A stretch of DNA of 64,000 nt from an uncultured Planctomycetota bacterium (GTDB lineage: Bacteria > Planctomycetota > Phycisphaerae > Tepidisphaerales > Tepidisphaeraceae), in the NCBI GenBank assembly GCA_963841915.1, contig CAWJEN010000006.1, forward strand, positions 1,408,001 through 1,472,000. The letters run 5' to 3'. The notes beneath the pieces were generated by a model. That model worked only from the letters and a program-made list of their open reading frames with translations, searched no databases and was not told the origin of the DNA. The position numbers were made by a program, and so were the translations under genes. Positions 53,641 to 61,868 of the stretch are shown piece after piece (position 1 is the first letter of the stretch; each line of letters opens with the position of its first letter).

Positions 53641-54303
53641 ATGTACCACCTCGAGCTGGGGTGCCGTATCCGACGACTGGTGAAATGCCGTGGAACATGT
53701 TTGGCTGAAACCGCTTCCCGACCCACTTCAACAGCCATGCTCCTTTTCCTCGCAACAACCATCTTCGGAGCTCTCTCAACTGCATTGCCAGGATCTTCAT
53801 GTTCTGAAGGATCGACTACAGCCGTGTTCGTCGTGAGACAGTCTGCTCACCTTTCGTTCTACGATCTAGATGGAACGGCATCGCCATCACATGTAAAGAT
53901 AGTGCGACATGCAGTCGTCATCCAGGATGTGTGGGTTGACATCGCAATCTCTAAAACCGCTTTATCCGGTGGTCTATGCCCGTGTAGTCAGGAAGTTTGC
54001 ATTTGGGCTGTCGACGATTCAGAGCCGAAGCAAGAGTGGCGGCAGGTGCACGCGGTCGGCCTAGAACTTCTTAAACCTCAAGAAGCTGTTAGATGGTCGG
54101 AGAACGGCGGGAACAGGGTTCTGCTTGCTTCTGCTGATGCGGAAGTTCGTCGTGTCAAAGGACATGTGATTAACGAGTACATGTCTAGGTTATCAGATGT
54201 TGTGTCTGGAGCTGATAATGATGACACTGATCGAGAGTTACTCACCACCACAGTTGAGACGGTTGCTGTGCTTCCGAGGGAGCAATCGCGATTGGAGGAA
54301 TGA
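53641..54303 (+). CDS. Low-GC orphan cargo ORF 3 (possibly exported; alternative start 53737)
   Basis: Open frame across the low-GC tract; MLLFLATTIFGALSTA is signal-like. Confidence 0.55.
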   Translation: MYHLELGCRIRRLVKCRGTCLAETASRPTSTAMLLFLATTIFGALSTALPGSSCSEGSTTAVFVVRQSAHLSFYDLDGTASPSHVKIVRHAVVIQDVWVDIAISKTALSGGLCPCSQEVCIWAVDDSEPKQEWRQVHAVGLELLKPQEAVRWSENGGNRVLLASADAEVRRVKGHVINEYMSRLSDVVSGADNDDTDRELLTTTVETVAVLPREQSRLEE

Positions 54304-54342
54304 CGGTACCTCGGTGGAGATCAGCAGATAAAGGGTCGCGAG

Positions 54343-54552
54343 GGCTCTGTCTCGACCCTCTTCTTCGCCTGAGGACCATCGTGTTGTGGACGACGCTCTT
54401 GAGCAGCATCTCCATCTCCCGGCCGCGACGCGTGCGGCCCCGCAGCGTGTCGCCCAGGTTCCGCTTCATCATCGAGTTCACGCACTCGACGCCCGAGCGC
54501 CGCCGGTAGGCCACGCCCCCGCCGTCGCGGCGGAACTTCTTGTGCATCCGCC
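54343..54552 (-). mobile_element. 3' fragment of a DDE transposase (IS5/IS4-like) with probable terminal repeat
   Basis: YRRRSGVECVNSMMKRNLG...LLKSVVHN (Y-R-E-K signature); ends in GGCTCTGTCTCGACCC, abutting a truncated REP. Confidence 0.7.
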
Positions 54553-54749
54553 GAGAGAATAAAGGGGTCGCGGAGAGAATAAAGGGGTCGCGAGCCTTTT
54601 CTCCGTGCCTAGCCTGCTGCCATGCCTCGCACCTCGCGAGGCGGCAGACAAAGGGGTCGCGAGCCTTTTCTGCCTCCGGATGTTTCATGGCCCGGTCTAC
54701 CCTTGTCGCCACCCCGGCCGGGGGCAGATAAAGGGGTCGCGAGCCTTTT

Positions 54750-54855
54750 TTGCCGCGCCTAGCGTGCTCCCATGCCTCGTACCCCGCGTGACGCCCCCGG
54801 CGGACTCGTCTACCACGTCCTCAACCGGGCCGTCGCCCCCCTGGCCATCTTCGAG
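54750..54855 (+). pseudogene. Truncated duplicate of the RAYT leader and first ~28 codons (shorter variant at 54601-54640)
   Basis: Matches 54916-55021 except GTCGCCCCC versus GTTGCACGT. Confidence 0.85.
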
Positions 54856-54937
54856 AGGGAGATAAAGGGGTCGCGAGCCTTTTCCAAGCGGAGACAAAGG
54901 GGTCGCGAGCCTTTTTTGCCGCGCCTAGCGTGCTCCC

Positions 54938-55678
54938 ATGCCTCGTACCCCGCGTGACGCCCCCGGCGGACTCGTCTACCACGTCCTCAACCGGGCCGTT
55001 GCACGTCTGGCCATCTTCGAGACGGACGGCGACTATGCGGCGTTCGTCAAGGTGTTCCGCCAGGCGGTCGAGCGGCAGGATCGGCTGGCGAAGGAGGGCC
55101 GTGCCAAGCGGGTTGACGTGCTGGCGTGGTGTCTGATGCCGAATCACTGGCACCTCGTCCTGCGGCCGCGAGGCGACGGCGAGCTGTCGACCTTCATGCG
55201 GTGGCTGACGATGACCCACACGCAGCGGTGGCACGCCAACCGGCGGTCGGCGGGGACCGGGCCGTTGTACCAGGGGCGGTTCAAGAGCTTTCCCATTGAT
55301 CCGCATCACGATGGGCACCATCTGACGGGTGTGCTGGCCTACGTGGAGCAGAACGCCCGGCGGGCGGGACTGGCCCAGACGGCGGCGGCGTGGCCTTGGG
55401 GCAGCCTCGGGCGGCGGCCAGGCGGCGAGTATGAGCGGCACGAAGAGCCGGGGCCACGCCTGCTGCCGATCGAGCGGCTGCCGGGCGGGCACGCGTGGAC
55501 GGCGGACGCGTGGCAGAAACACGTCGAGCAGGAATTTGACGCCGAAGTCGAGCGGGAGCTGGAGGCGAGCTTCAAGCGTGGCCGCCCGTACGGCAGCGAG
55601 CGGTGGACGAAGCGGATTGCAGGGCGGCTGAACCTCGACAGCACCCTGCGGCCGCGAGGTCGGCCACGGCTCACGTGA
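54938..55678 (+). mobile_element. REP-associated tyrosine transposase (RAYT/TnpA-REP, HUH Y1 family), apparently intact
   Basis: MPR..R, YHVLNR, CLMPNHWH (HUH), LYQGRFKSFP, YVEQNARRAGL..WPWGS and C-terminal RPRGRP. Confidence 0.92.
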
Positions 55679-55790
55679 AACAACGACAAGCAGCCGGCAA
55701 GAACAGGATGACACCTTGATCGCACCTGAGCGATTGTGTCTTCTTCGCCGCTGAGGGCATCACTGCGTCCGATCCGCTTTTGACTGCTGA

Positions 55791-55872
55791 TAGCGACCGT
55801 GGGACTCGAACCCACACTCCGTGAGGAACTCGATTTTGAATCGAGCGCGTCTGCCAATTCCGCCAGGCCGCC
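55791..55872 (-). tRNA. tRNA-Leu (CAA), CCA not encoded
   Basis: Reverse complement GGCGGCCTGGCGGAATTGGCAGACGCG CTCGATTCAAAATCGAG ... GTGGGTTCGAGTCCCAC GGTCGCTA, with a long variable arm. Confidence 0.95.
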
Positions 55873-55905
55873 GGCTTGAAGGTGGGCATCGTAGCCTAGC
55901 TGTCC

Positions 55906-57012
55906 ATGGCTTGTCGCGTTGCGATTCTCGGCTCCACCGGTTCGATCGGGTCGCAAACGCTCGACGCCATTGATGCGCTCAACGCCGACGGCTTTGACTT
56001 TGAGATCGTGGCGATGGTGGCCGGCAAGAACCGCAAGACGCTCGACCGGCAGGCCAGGCGGTGGCCCAATGCGACGGCGAAGCTGGCCATCGACGAAGGG
56101 CCGGGCGCGTTGGTCGAGGCGGCCGAGCGGGGCGATGTGGATGTCGTGGTGCACGCGGTGGTTGGGGCTGCCGGGCTGCCGGCTGCATTTGCTGCGTGCG
56201 AGGCCGGTCATCGCAGGCTGTGCCTGGCCAACAAAGAGTCGCTCGTCGTCGGGGGGTCGCTGCTCATGGCGACGGCTAAGGCGAATGGCGTCGACCTCGT
56301 GCCAATCGACTCGGAGCACACGGCCATTTTCCAGGCGATGGCGTGCGGGAGACGCGAGGAAGTCCGTCGCGTGCTCCTGACGGCCAGCGGCGGGCCATTT
56401 CGTGACGCTGCCGAGTGGCCGACACACAAGCTCGAGCGGGCGACGATCAAGCAGGCCCTTGACCACCCGACGTGGACCATGGGCGGCAAGATCACGGTCG
56501 ATTCGGCTACGTTGTTTAACAAGGGTTTCGAGCTTATCGAGGCGGTTCACCTTTACGGACTCAAGGCCGACGACGTGCAGGTCGTGGTTCATCCGCAGAG
56601 CATCGTTCATTCGATGGTCGAGTACGTTGACGGCAGCACGATCGCCCATCTGTCGCCGGTCGATATGAAGCTGCCGATCGCGTACGCGTTGACGCATCCG
56701 CGGCGTGGGGCGTCGGGCAGCGGGACGCTTGACTGGTCGCAGGCGATGACGCTCGACTTCGAGCCACCCGACGAGGAGCGATTTGCAGCGTTGCGGCTGT
56801 GTCGTGAAGCGGTCACGCGGGGCGGCGTTGTGCCGACGTACCTGAATGCGGCCAACGAGGTGGCGGTGAACGCATTTCTTGCCGGCGACTTGCGTTTCGG
56901 CGACATCAGCCGCGTGGTCGAGCGGGTGACGCGTCAGGCGCCGCAGCAAGAGCCGACGTCGCTGGCGGAGTTGCTTGAAGCCGACACCGCAGCACGAGTG
57001 CTGGCGGCGTGA
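55906..57012 (+). CDS. dxr: 1-deoxy-D-xylulose-5-phosphate reductoisomerase
   Basis: LGSTGSIG, LANKESL, PIDSEH, TASGGPF and HPTWTMGGKITVDSAT. Confidence 0.97.
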   Translation: MACRVAILGSTGSIGSQTLDAIDALNADGFDFEIVAMVAGKNRKTLDRQARRWPNATAKLAIDEGPGALVEAAERGDVDVVVHAVVGAAGLPAAFAACEAGHRRLCLANKESLVVGGSLLMATAKANGVDLVPIDSEHTAIFQAMACGRREEVRRVLLTASGGPFRDAAEWPTHKLERATIKQALDHPTWTMGGKITVDSATLFNKGFELIEAVHLYGLKADDVQVVVHPQSIVHSMVEYVDGSTIAHLSPVDMKLPIAYALTHPRRGASGSGTLDWSQAMTLDFEPPDEERFAALRLCREAVTRGGVVPTYLNAANEVAVNAFLAGDLRFGDISRVVERVTRQAPQQEPTSLAELLEADTAARVLAA

Positions 57013-57098
57013 CGCGTTGGGCCCACCGATGAAACCCGGTGGGTCGCTGCGCGTTCCTAGAGTCGCCGCCACCTGTCGCTGACCGACGCCGACTCATC

Positions 57099-59153
57099 AT
57101 GGACCTGATCTCGCTTTTCAACCTGCTCCTGCTCGGTATCGGGTTCGGTTTCGTGATCTTCTGGCACGAACTGGGCCACTTTCTTGCCGCCAAGTGGGCG
57201 GGCGTGCGCGTCGAGCAATTCGCCGTCGGCTTCGGCAACGCGATCTTTAGCTTCCGCAAGGGCCTGGGTATTCGGCGTGGGACCAGCGCGCCTGAGTATC
57301 AGCGACGGCTCGAGGCCGACCCGAACGTCGCGATGTCGCCGACGGAGTACCGGCTCAATTGGCTGCCGCTGGGCGGCTACGTGAAGATGCTCGGTCAGGA
57401 AGATCTGGCCGTCGTCGACAAGCAGCACGAGCCCGACAGCTATCAGGCCAAGAGCGTCGGCAAGCGGATGATCATCATCTCGGCAGGCGTCGTCATGAAC
57501 GTCATTCTGGCGGCGGTGCTCTTTACGGTCGTCTACTTCTGGGGCTTCTCGGCCGAGGCGGCCAAGGTCGGGCAAGTGCTGCCAGGCACGCCGGCGGCGC
57601 AGATCAACCTGCAGCCCGGTGACACGATCATCAGCGTCAACGGGCGGGCGGCGCACGACTTTGCGAAGCTGCGGCTTGGCATCGCGCTGGCCGATCCGGA
57701 CGAGGAGACGTCGCTCGTCGTGCAGCCGAACGGGTCAACTGAGTTGGAAACGCGGACGCTCAAGCCCGAGGTCGGCGAGGAAGGCGCGGGCATGCTGACG
57801 ATCGGCGTGCTACCGATGCCGACGCTCGACCTGCGGAACGCGCCGGGCGAGACAAGCGAGCTTGAGAACCTCCGCAAGACGACCGCGGCGGACGTGCTGG
57901 CGGTGCTGCCGGGCGAGCGGGTGCTGAGTGTCGATAACATGGAAGTCGATGCCGACGACTTCCCGGTTTACGCGGCGGCGTTCGATCGGGCGGGCGACGA
58001 AGGCCGGGCGGTGATTCTGCAGAAGGAAGAGGCCGGCGGCACGAAGCGGGTCGAGAAGGTGATGCCGACCGTGCTCATGCTGAGCGATGCGTATCAACCA
58101 TTCGCCGGCGTGCAGCCGTTGCTCAAGGCTCAGTCAGTGCCTGCGGACTCGAAGATGCAGCCGGGCGACATCTTTCTGGCGTTGAAGGTGCCTGATACGG
58201 GCGACACGCTGAGGCGGCCGACGATGAAAACGCTGGGCGAGTGGCTTGCCAAGGCCGGTGAACGCGGTCAGGCGGTGTCGCTGACGGTCGATCGCGGTGG
58301 CGAGGTCATCGAGCTCGAAGACGTGCCGTTGCGGGTCGTATCGGGTGGACTTGTAAGCCGTCTGATGGGCTCGGCACGGTATGGCCTGGGCGTCTTGATG
58401 ACGCAGGACCTGCAGTCGTCACGCGTGGCTGCCGAGGCCGTCAAAGATTCGGCGGCAGCTTCGATGGACGGCCTCGTTGCCGAGGCGGCAGACGTCCAGA
58501 TCACCGCCGTCAACGGCCAAGCCGTGGCCAACTACTACGACTTCAGCCGCCTACTGCGGACGGCGATAGAGGGAGCAGACGAAGAGGCGACGGTGCCTGT
58601 GACGCTCTTTGTCGACGGCGAGGTGAAGGAGTCGGCCCTGGTGCTGAACGACAAGGCCATGGCGGCAATCAACGGTGTCGACTGGATGGGTCCGGTTGCG
58701 ACGCTGAGCCCGTTCGGAGGCGTTCCCGTAGAGGCCGTCCGCCGCACACGCAACCCGCTGACGGCCATGGGCTGGGGCGTCCTCGAGACACGCGACCAGA
58801 TCGCCAACCTTTACCTGACGCTGAGGCGCGTGACGGTCGACCAGACAGTCTCGGCCAGCAACCTCAGCGGCCCGGTCGGCATCATCCACTTCGGCACGAT
58901 CGTCGCTGCCAAGGGCTACGACTGGCTCTTGTGGTTCCTGGCGATGCTGTCGGCCAACTTGGCGGTCGTGAACTTCCTGCCGATCCCGATCCTCGACGGC
59001 GGACACATGGTGTTCCTGCTATGGGAAAAGATCCGCGGCAAAGCCCCGCCGCGTGCGGTACAGGAAGGCGCGTTGTGGGTCGGTCTGGCGGCGCTGGGTT
59101 GCTTCGTGATCTTCGTCACGATCAACGACATCGGGCGGCTGATTCCGTTCTAG
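57099..59153 (+). CDS. rseP: Site-2 (RseP-like) metalloprotease with PDZ domains
   Basis: HELGH, LPLGGYVKM, AGVVMN and NFLPIPILDGGH; follows dxr. Confidence 0.93.
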   Translation: MDLISLFNLLLLGIGFGFVIFWHELGHFLAAKWAGVRVEQFAVGFGNAIFSFRKGLGIRRGTSAPEYQRRLEADPNVAMSPTEYRLNWLPLGGYVKMLGQEDLAVVDKQHEPDSYQAKSVGKRMIIISAGVVMNVILAAVLFTVVYFWGFSAEAAKVGQVLPGTPAAQINLQPGDTIISVNGRAAHDFAKLRLGIALADPDEETSLVVQPNGSTELETRTLKPEVGEEGAGMLTIGVLPMPTLDLRNAPGETSELENLRKTTAADVLAVLPGERVLSVDNMEVDADDFPVYAAAFDRAGDEGRAVILQKEEAGGTKRVEKVMPTVLMLSDAYQPFAGVQPLLKAQSVPADSKMQPGDIFLALKVPDTGDTLRRPTMKTLGEWLAKAGERGQAVSLTVDRGGEVIELEDVPLRVVSGGLVSRLMGSARYGLGVLMTQDLQSSRVAAEAVKDSAAASMDGLVAEAADVQITAVNGQAVANYYDFSRLLRTAIEGADEEATVPVTLFVDGEVKESALVLNDKAMAAINGVDWMGPVATLSPFGGVPVEAVRRTRNPLTAMGWGVLETRDQIANLYLTLRRVTVDQTVSASNLSGPVGIIHFGTIVAAKGYDWLLWFLAMLSANLAVVNFLPIPILDGGHMVFLLWEKIRGKAPPRAVQEGALWVGLAALGCFVIFVTINDIGRLIPF

Positions 59154-59178
59154 GTTGGGACGTTTAACCGTCAACAGA

Positions 59179-59208
59179 AAGACGCCGCGACTCCCGTCGC
59201 GGCGTCTT
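59179..59208. terminator. Hairpin between convergent genes
   Basis: AAGACGCCGCGAC-TCCC-GTCGCGGCGTCTT. Confidence 0.7.
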
Positions 59209-59230
59209 CGTCTGGCAATTGCAGTTCTGC

Positions 59231-59980
59231 CTACTTGCGGCGACGCAGCAGCAGCCCGCCAGCCATGAGGGCAACGGCAGCCGTGGTCGGCTCGGGAACA
59301 ACCGTGATTGTCGGGTTGTCGATCGCCACGTTGTAGTCGTTGAACGAGAAGAAGAAGCCCGGCGTAATCGTCGTCAGGACCACCTCGTCGACCTCGGCAA
59401 GCACATTGGCGAATGTGCGGCCGTCCGGCAGGATGGGCTCGAAGGTCACGGGATCTTCAGCACCATAGCCGCCCCAGCCGGCAGGCAAGGCTTCTTGCGT
59501 CGGGTCTTCGACGGCAACGGACAGGTTCACAAACCCGCTCGATGCCGTGCCGCCGGTCGGTGTGACGGTGCCGGTAGCAATGTCGGCCAGGTCGTAGAAG
59601 ACGCTCGTGTAAGGCAAGCCATTCTGCGGGTTATCGAGGTCGCGAAACTCGACGACCATGTCGCGAATCACCGGGAAGAAGCCGCCGACAAGCTCGCTCT
59701 GAACATCGACGCTGAAGGTGAAGGGGGCCGTCGTGTAATCGCCTGCCCAATCGGCCGAGTCGTTGCGGAACGAAATGCCGAAGTTGTTGAAGACGGTGCG
59801 GAACGAGGGGGCGGGCGTGCCGGTGGTGCCGTCAATACCCGTCGAACCGCCCAGGCCTTGCGGGCCGATCCAGCCCTCGACGCCGTTGTCGAAGGTCGTC
59901 GTGACGTTGTCGATCGCCAGCGTCGGCGCGGCGGCAAGGGCAAGGGCGGCGAGGGTTGTGCTGAGGTGAGTCGTGTTCAT
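59231..59980 (-). CDS. Secreted PEP-CTERM protein
   Basis: Signal peptide; C-terminal VPEP + TM + RRRK. Confidence 0.85.
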   Translation of the reverse strand: MNTTHLSTTLAALALAAAPTLAIDNVTTTFDNGVEGWIGPQGLGGSTGIDGTTGTPAPSFRTVFNNFGISFRNDSADWAGDYTTAPFTFSVDVQSELVGGFFPVIRDMVVEFRDLDNPQNGLPYTSVFYDLADIATGTVTPTGGTASSGFVNLSVAVEDPTQEALPAGWGGYGAEDPVTFEPILPDGRTFANVLAEVDEVVLTTITPGFFFSFNDYNVAIDNPTITVVPEPTTAAVALMAGGLLLRRRK

Positions 59981-60126
59981 GGTTCTCCCGGAGTTTGAAG
60001 TGCGCCGTCGAAACGCCGACGCGATGGCGGAGGTTGTACCGGAGGCGTCGCCGAGCGTCAAGAGTTTCCCGGAAACTTTCTACGGCCCCTCGACGCCGTA
60101 CCGCCGATCGACTACAACCGGCCGTC

Positions 60127-61365
60127 GTGTCCGATGACGCCGGTCAACCTGCCTTTGAAACGCGCGTGCGGCAGGTCGGTGATCGACTGGCCAAGCGTGT
60201 TCGCGGTCTTGTCAAAGACATTCCGGGCCAGCCCAAGGGGCCGGTGGAACTAGCTCGCAGCGTCGGCGTCAACAAGGTACTGACCAGCCGCCTGCTCCGC
60301 GCCGCCGCCGCCAAAGAGCCAGCAGCCGTCCTGCGTCAGATGCCTGGGCCCGAGCCTTTGCGACAGTTCGCCAAGAAGGCCGGCGACGCGGGCGCGTCCA
60401 GCCGCACCGTCGGCGAAGTTCAGCGGGCGGTCGAGGCATTTGCCGCGCTGATCCGCGCCGAGGCAGGTGATCGCAGCGGCTTTGACGCGATGCTGTCTGC
60501 GTGGCTGCCCGATGACCGGGCCGAGTTCGAGCTGCGGCGTAAGCAGGCGGTTTTCAAGAGCCTGAGCCAGTTGCACGGCCGCCAGTGCGACACCTATTCG
60601 ACGGCCGTGCTGGTCAACGTCTCGCCTCAGCGGCCCGACCGGCTCGACGTGGTGTGGGTTGTGAGCCTGCTGGGCCTGCAGCGGCTGCGGCCGGACGTGA
60701 CGCTTCGCTTCGCCACCCGCCGCATCGCGGGCGGCAAGCAGCCGCGGCGGATTGAGGCATTAGGCGGCGAACGGGCGAGTGCGTTTGACCAGCTGATCGT
60801 GCCGTCGTTCTGTAGCAAGCCATCGCCGACGCTGGAGGCCAGGCGAGTCGGCGAGGTGTCGCATTACCTTGTCGCCGGCGAGGCCTTTGGAGCACGGTCG
60901 ACGGTTGACCTCACCTTTGCCGAGGCGAACCGCGACGAGATGGATCGCACGGTCTCGCCCGAGCAGGCCGGCCGCCGGCGGCACTTCTTCGCCGAGATCA
61001 ACGTGCCCGCCAAGCAATTGGTCTTCGACGTCCACGTCGCCAAGTCCGCCGCCGGCGGGGCGGCCCTGCCGGAGCTGTTCATCTACGACACCTCATTCGA
61101 GGGCGTGGCCAACGTCAACGACCCGACGCGGGACCTCGACCGGTTGCAGACGAGCGAGACGGTGACGCGGCTGTGCGATCCTGCCGAGCCGGTGCCCGAG
61201 GCCCCACGGCACGCGCCGATGCTGCAGCACGTGTTCGCCGCCCTCGGCTGGGAGGCGAGCGAATTCGCCGGCTACCGCACGCGGATCGACTACCCGGTCT
61301 ACGGCACGCAGGTCACGATGGCCTTCCCGGCCCCGGTGGCCGATGGTCCGACGGGCGCGAGGTAG
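60127..61365 (+). CDS. Hypothetical protein with putative N-terminal HTH (candidate regulator)
   Basis: PVELARSVGVNKVLTSRLL HTH-like segment; divergent from the PEP-CTERM gene. Confidence 0.6.
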   Translation: MSDDAGQPAFETRVRQVGDRLAKRVRGLVKDIPGQPKGPVELARSVGVNKVLTSRLLRAAAAKEPAAVLRQMPGPEPLRQFAKKAGDAGASSRTVGEVQRAVEAFAALIRAEAGDRSGFDAMLSAWLPDDRAEFELRRKQAVFKSLSQLHGRQCDTYSTAVLVNVSPQRPDRLDVVWVVSLLGLQRLRPDVTLRFATRRIAGGKQPRRIEALGGERASAFDQLIVPSFCSKPSPTLEARRVGEVSHYLVAGEAFGARSTVDLTFAEANRDEMDRTVSPEQAGRRRHFFAEINVPAKQLVFDVHVAKSAAGGAALPELFIYDTSFEGVANVNDPTRDLDRLQTSETVTRLCDPAEPVPEAPRHAPMLQHVFAALGWEASEFAGYRTRIDYPVYGTQVTMAFPAPVADGPTGAR

Positions 61366-61374
61366 CCTAGTTCG

Positions 61375-61857
61375 TCACGCCTCGGCCTTCGCCTCATCCT
61401 CCCGAAGCCGCCCGCATTCGGGGCAGACGCCGCTGGTGTTGCCGGTGAGGTCGTAGCCGCAGGCGGAGCAGACACGCGGCAGTCGCTCCGCAACGGCTCT
61501 TGGAAGGTTGAACCACGCACCAGCAACCTGCCCGAAAGCTGCTGCTAAAGCTGGTAAACTGATCAACGGCAACAGGAAACACAGGTTACTCAAGAGGCGG
61601 GTCATTGTTGAGGAACGAGATGACGCCATCAGGACGATCAACAAAGCCACTTGAATTGCTAGCCCAATCGCACCGCCCGTTACAGTCCAAGACTTCGCGA
61701 GTTCGACGGCGCGTCGCACGGCACGAGTGACCTCGTCATCCCCGATATCCGACGGTAGTGCCCAACGACGTCTGACCCGGCCAGTCAAAGCACGCTGAAG
61801 TGGATCGGTTGGCAGCGGTGTGGCGACGACGCGTCGGATGAAGCTACGAAGCGTCAC
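61375..61857 (-). CDS. Membrane protein with C-terminal zinc ribbon
   Basis: Two TM helices then CSACGYDLTGNTSGVCPECG; start uncertain. Confidence 0.7.
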   Translation of the reverse strand: MTLRSFIRRVVATPLPTDPLQRALTGRVRRRWALPSDIGDDEVTRAVRRAVELAKSWTVTGGAIGLAIQVALLIVLMASSRSSTMTRLLSNLCFLLPLISLPALAAAFGQVAGAWFNLPRAVAERLPRVCSACGYDLTGNTSGVCPECGRLREDEAKAEA

Positions 61858-61868
61858 TATAATGTTGT

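Larger units (their letters stand above)
51718..54915. repeat. Array of ~15 full and several partial REP-like palindromes AAAGGGGTCGCGAGCCTTTT with G(C/G)AGA(T/C) flank
   Basis: Reverse-orientation copies at 51718, 51791, 51864, 52652, 52762, 52860, 53538 and 53592. Forward copies at 52532, 53409, 54581, 54650, 54730, 54864 and 54896. Partial copies at ~51894, 54330 and 54561. Confidence 0.92.

Noticed and set aside
51617..55678. Classical integron
   Set aside because: No IntI tyrosine recombinase and no attC R''/R' (RYYYAAC...GTTRRRY) pattern was recognised.
55667..55682. parS-like GGCTCACGTGAAACA at the RAYT stop
   Set aside because: Only the right half matches and it overlaps coding sequence; probably chance.
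57020..57044. Hairpin GCCCACCG-ATGAAACC-CGGTGGGT between dxr and rseP
   Set aside because: Single copy in the window; a REP cannot be distinguished from an ordinary mRNA hairpin.
55339..57072. 577-aa and other long antisense ORFs throughout the window
   Set aside because: They are shadow frames typical of high-GC DNA opposite well-supported genes.
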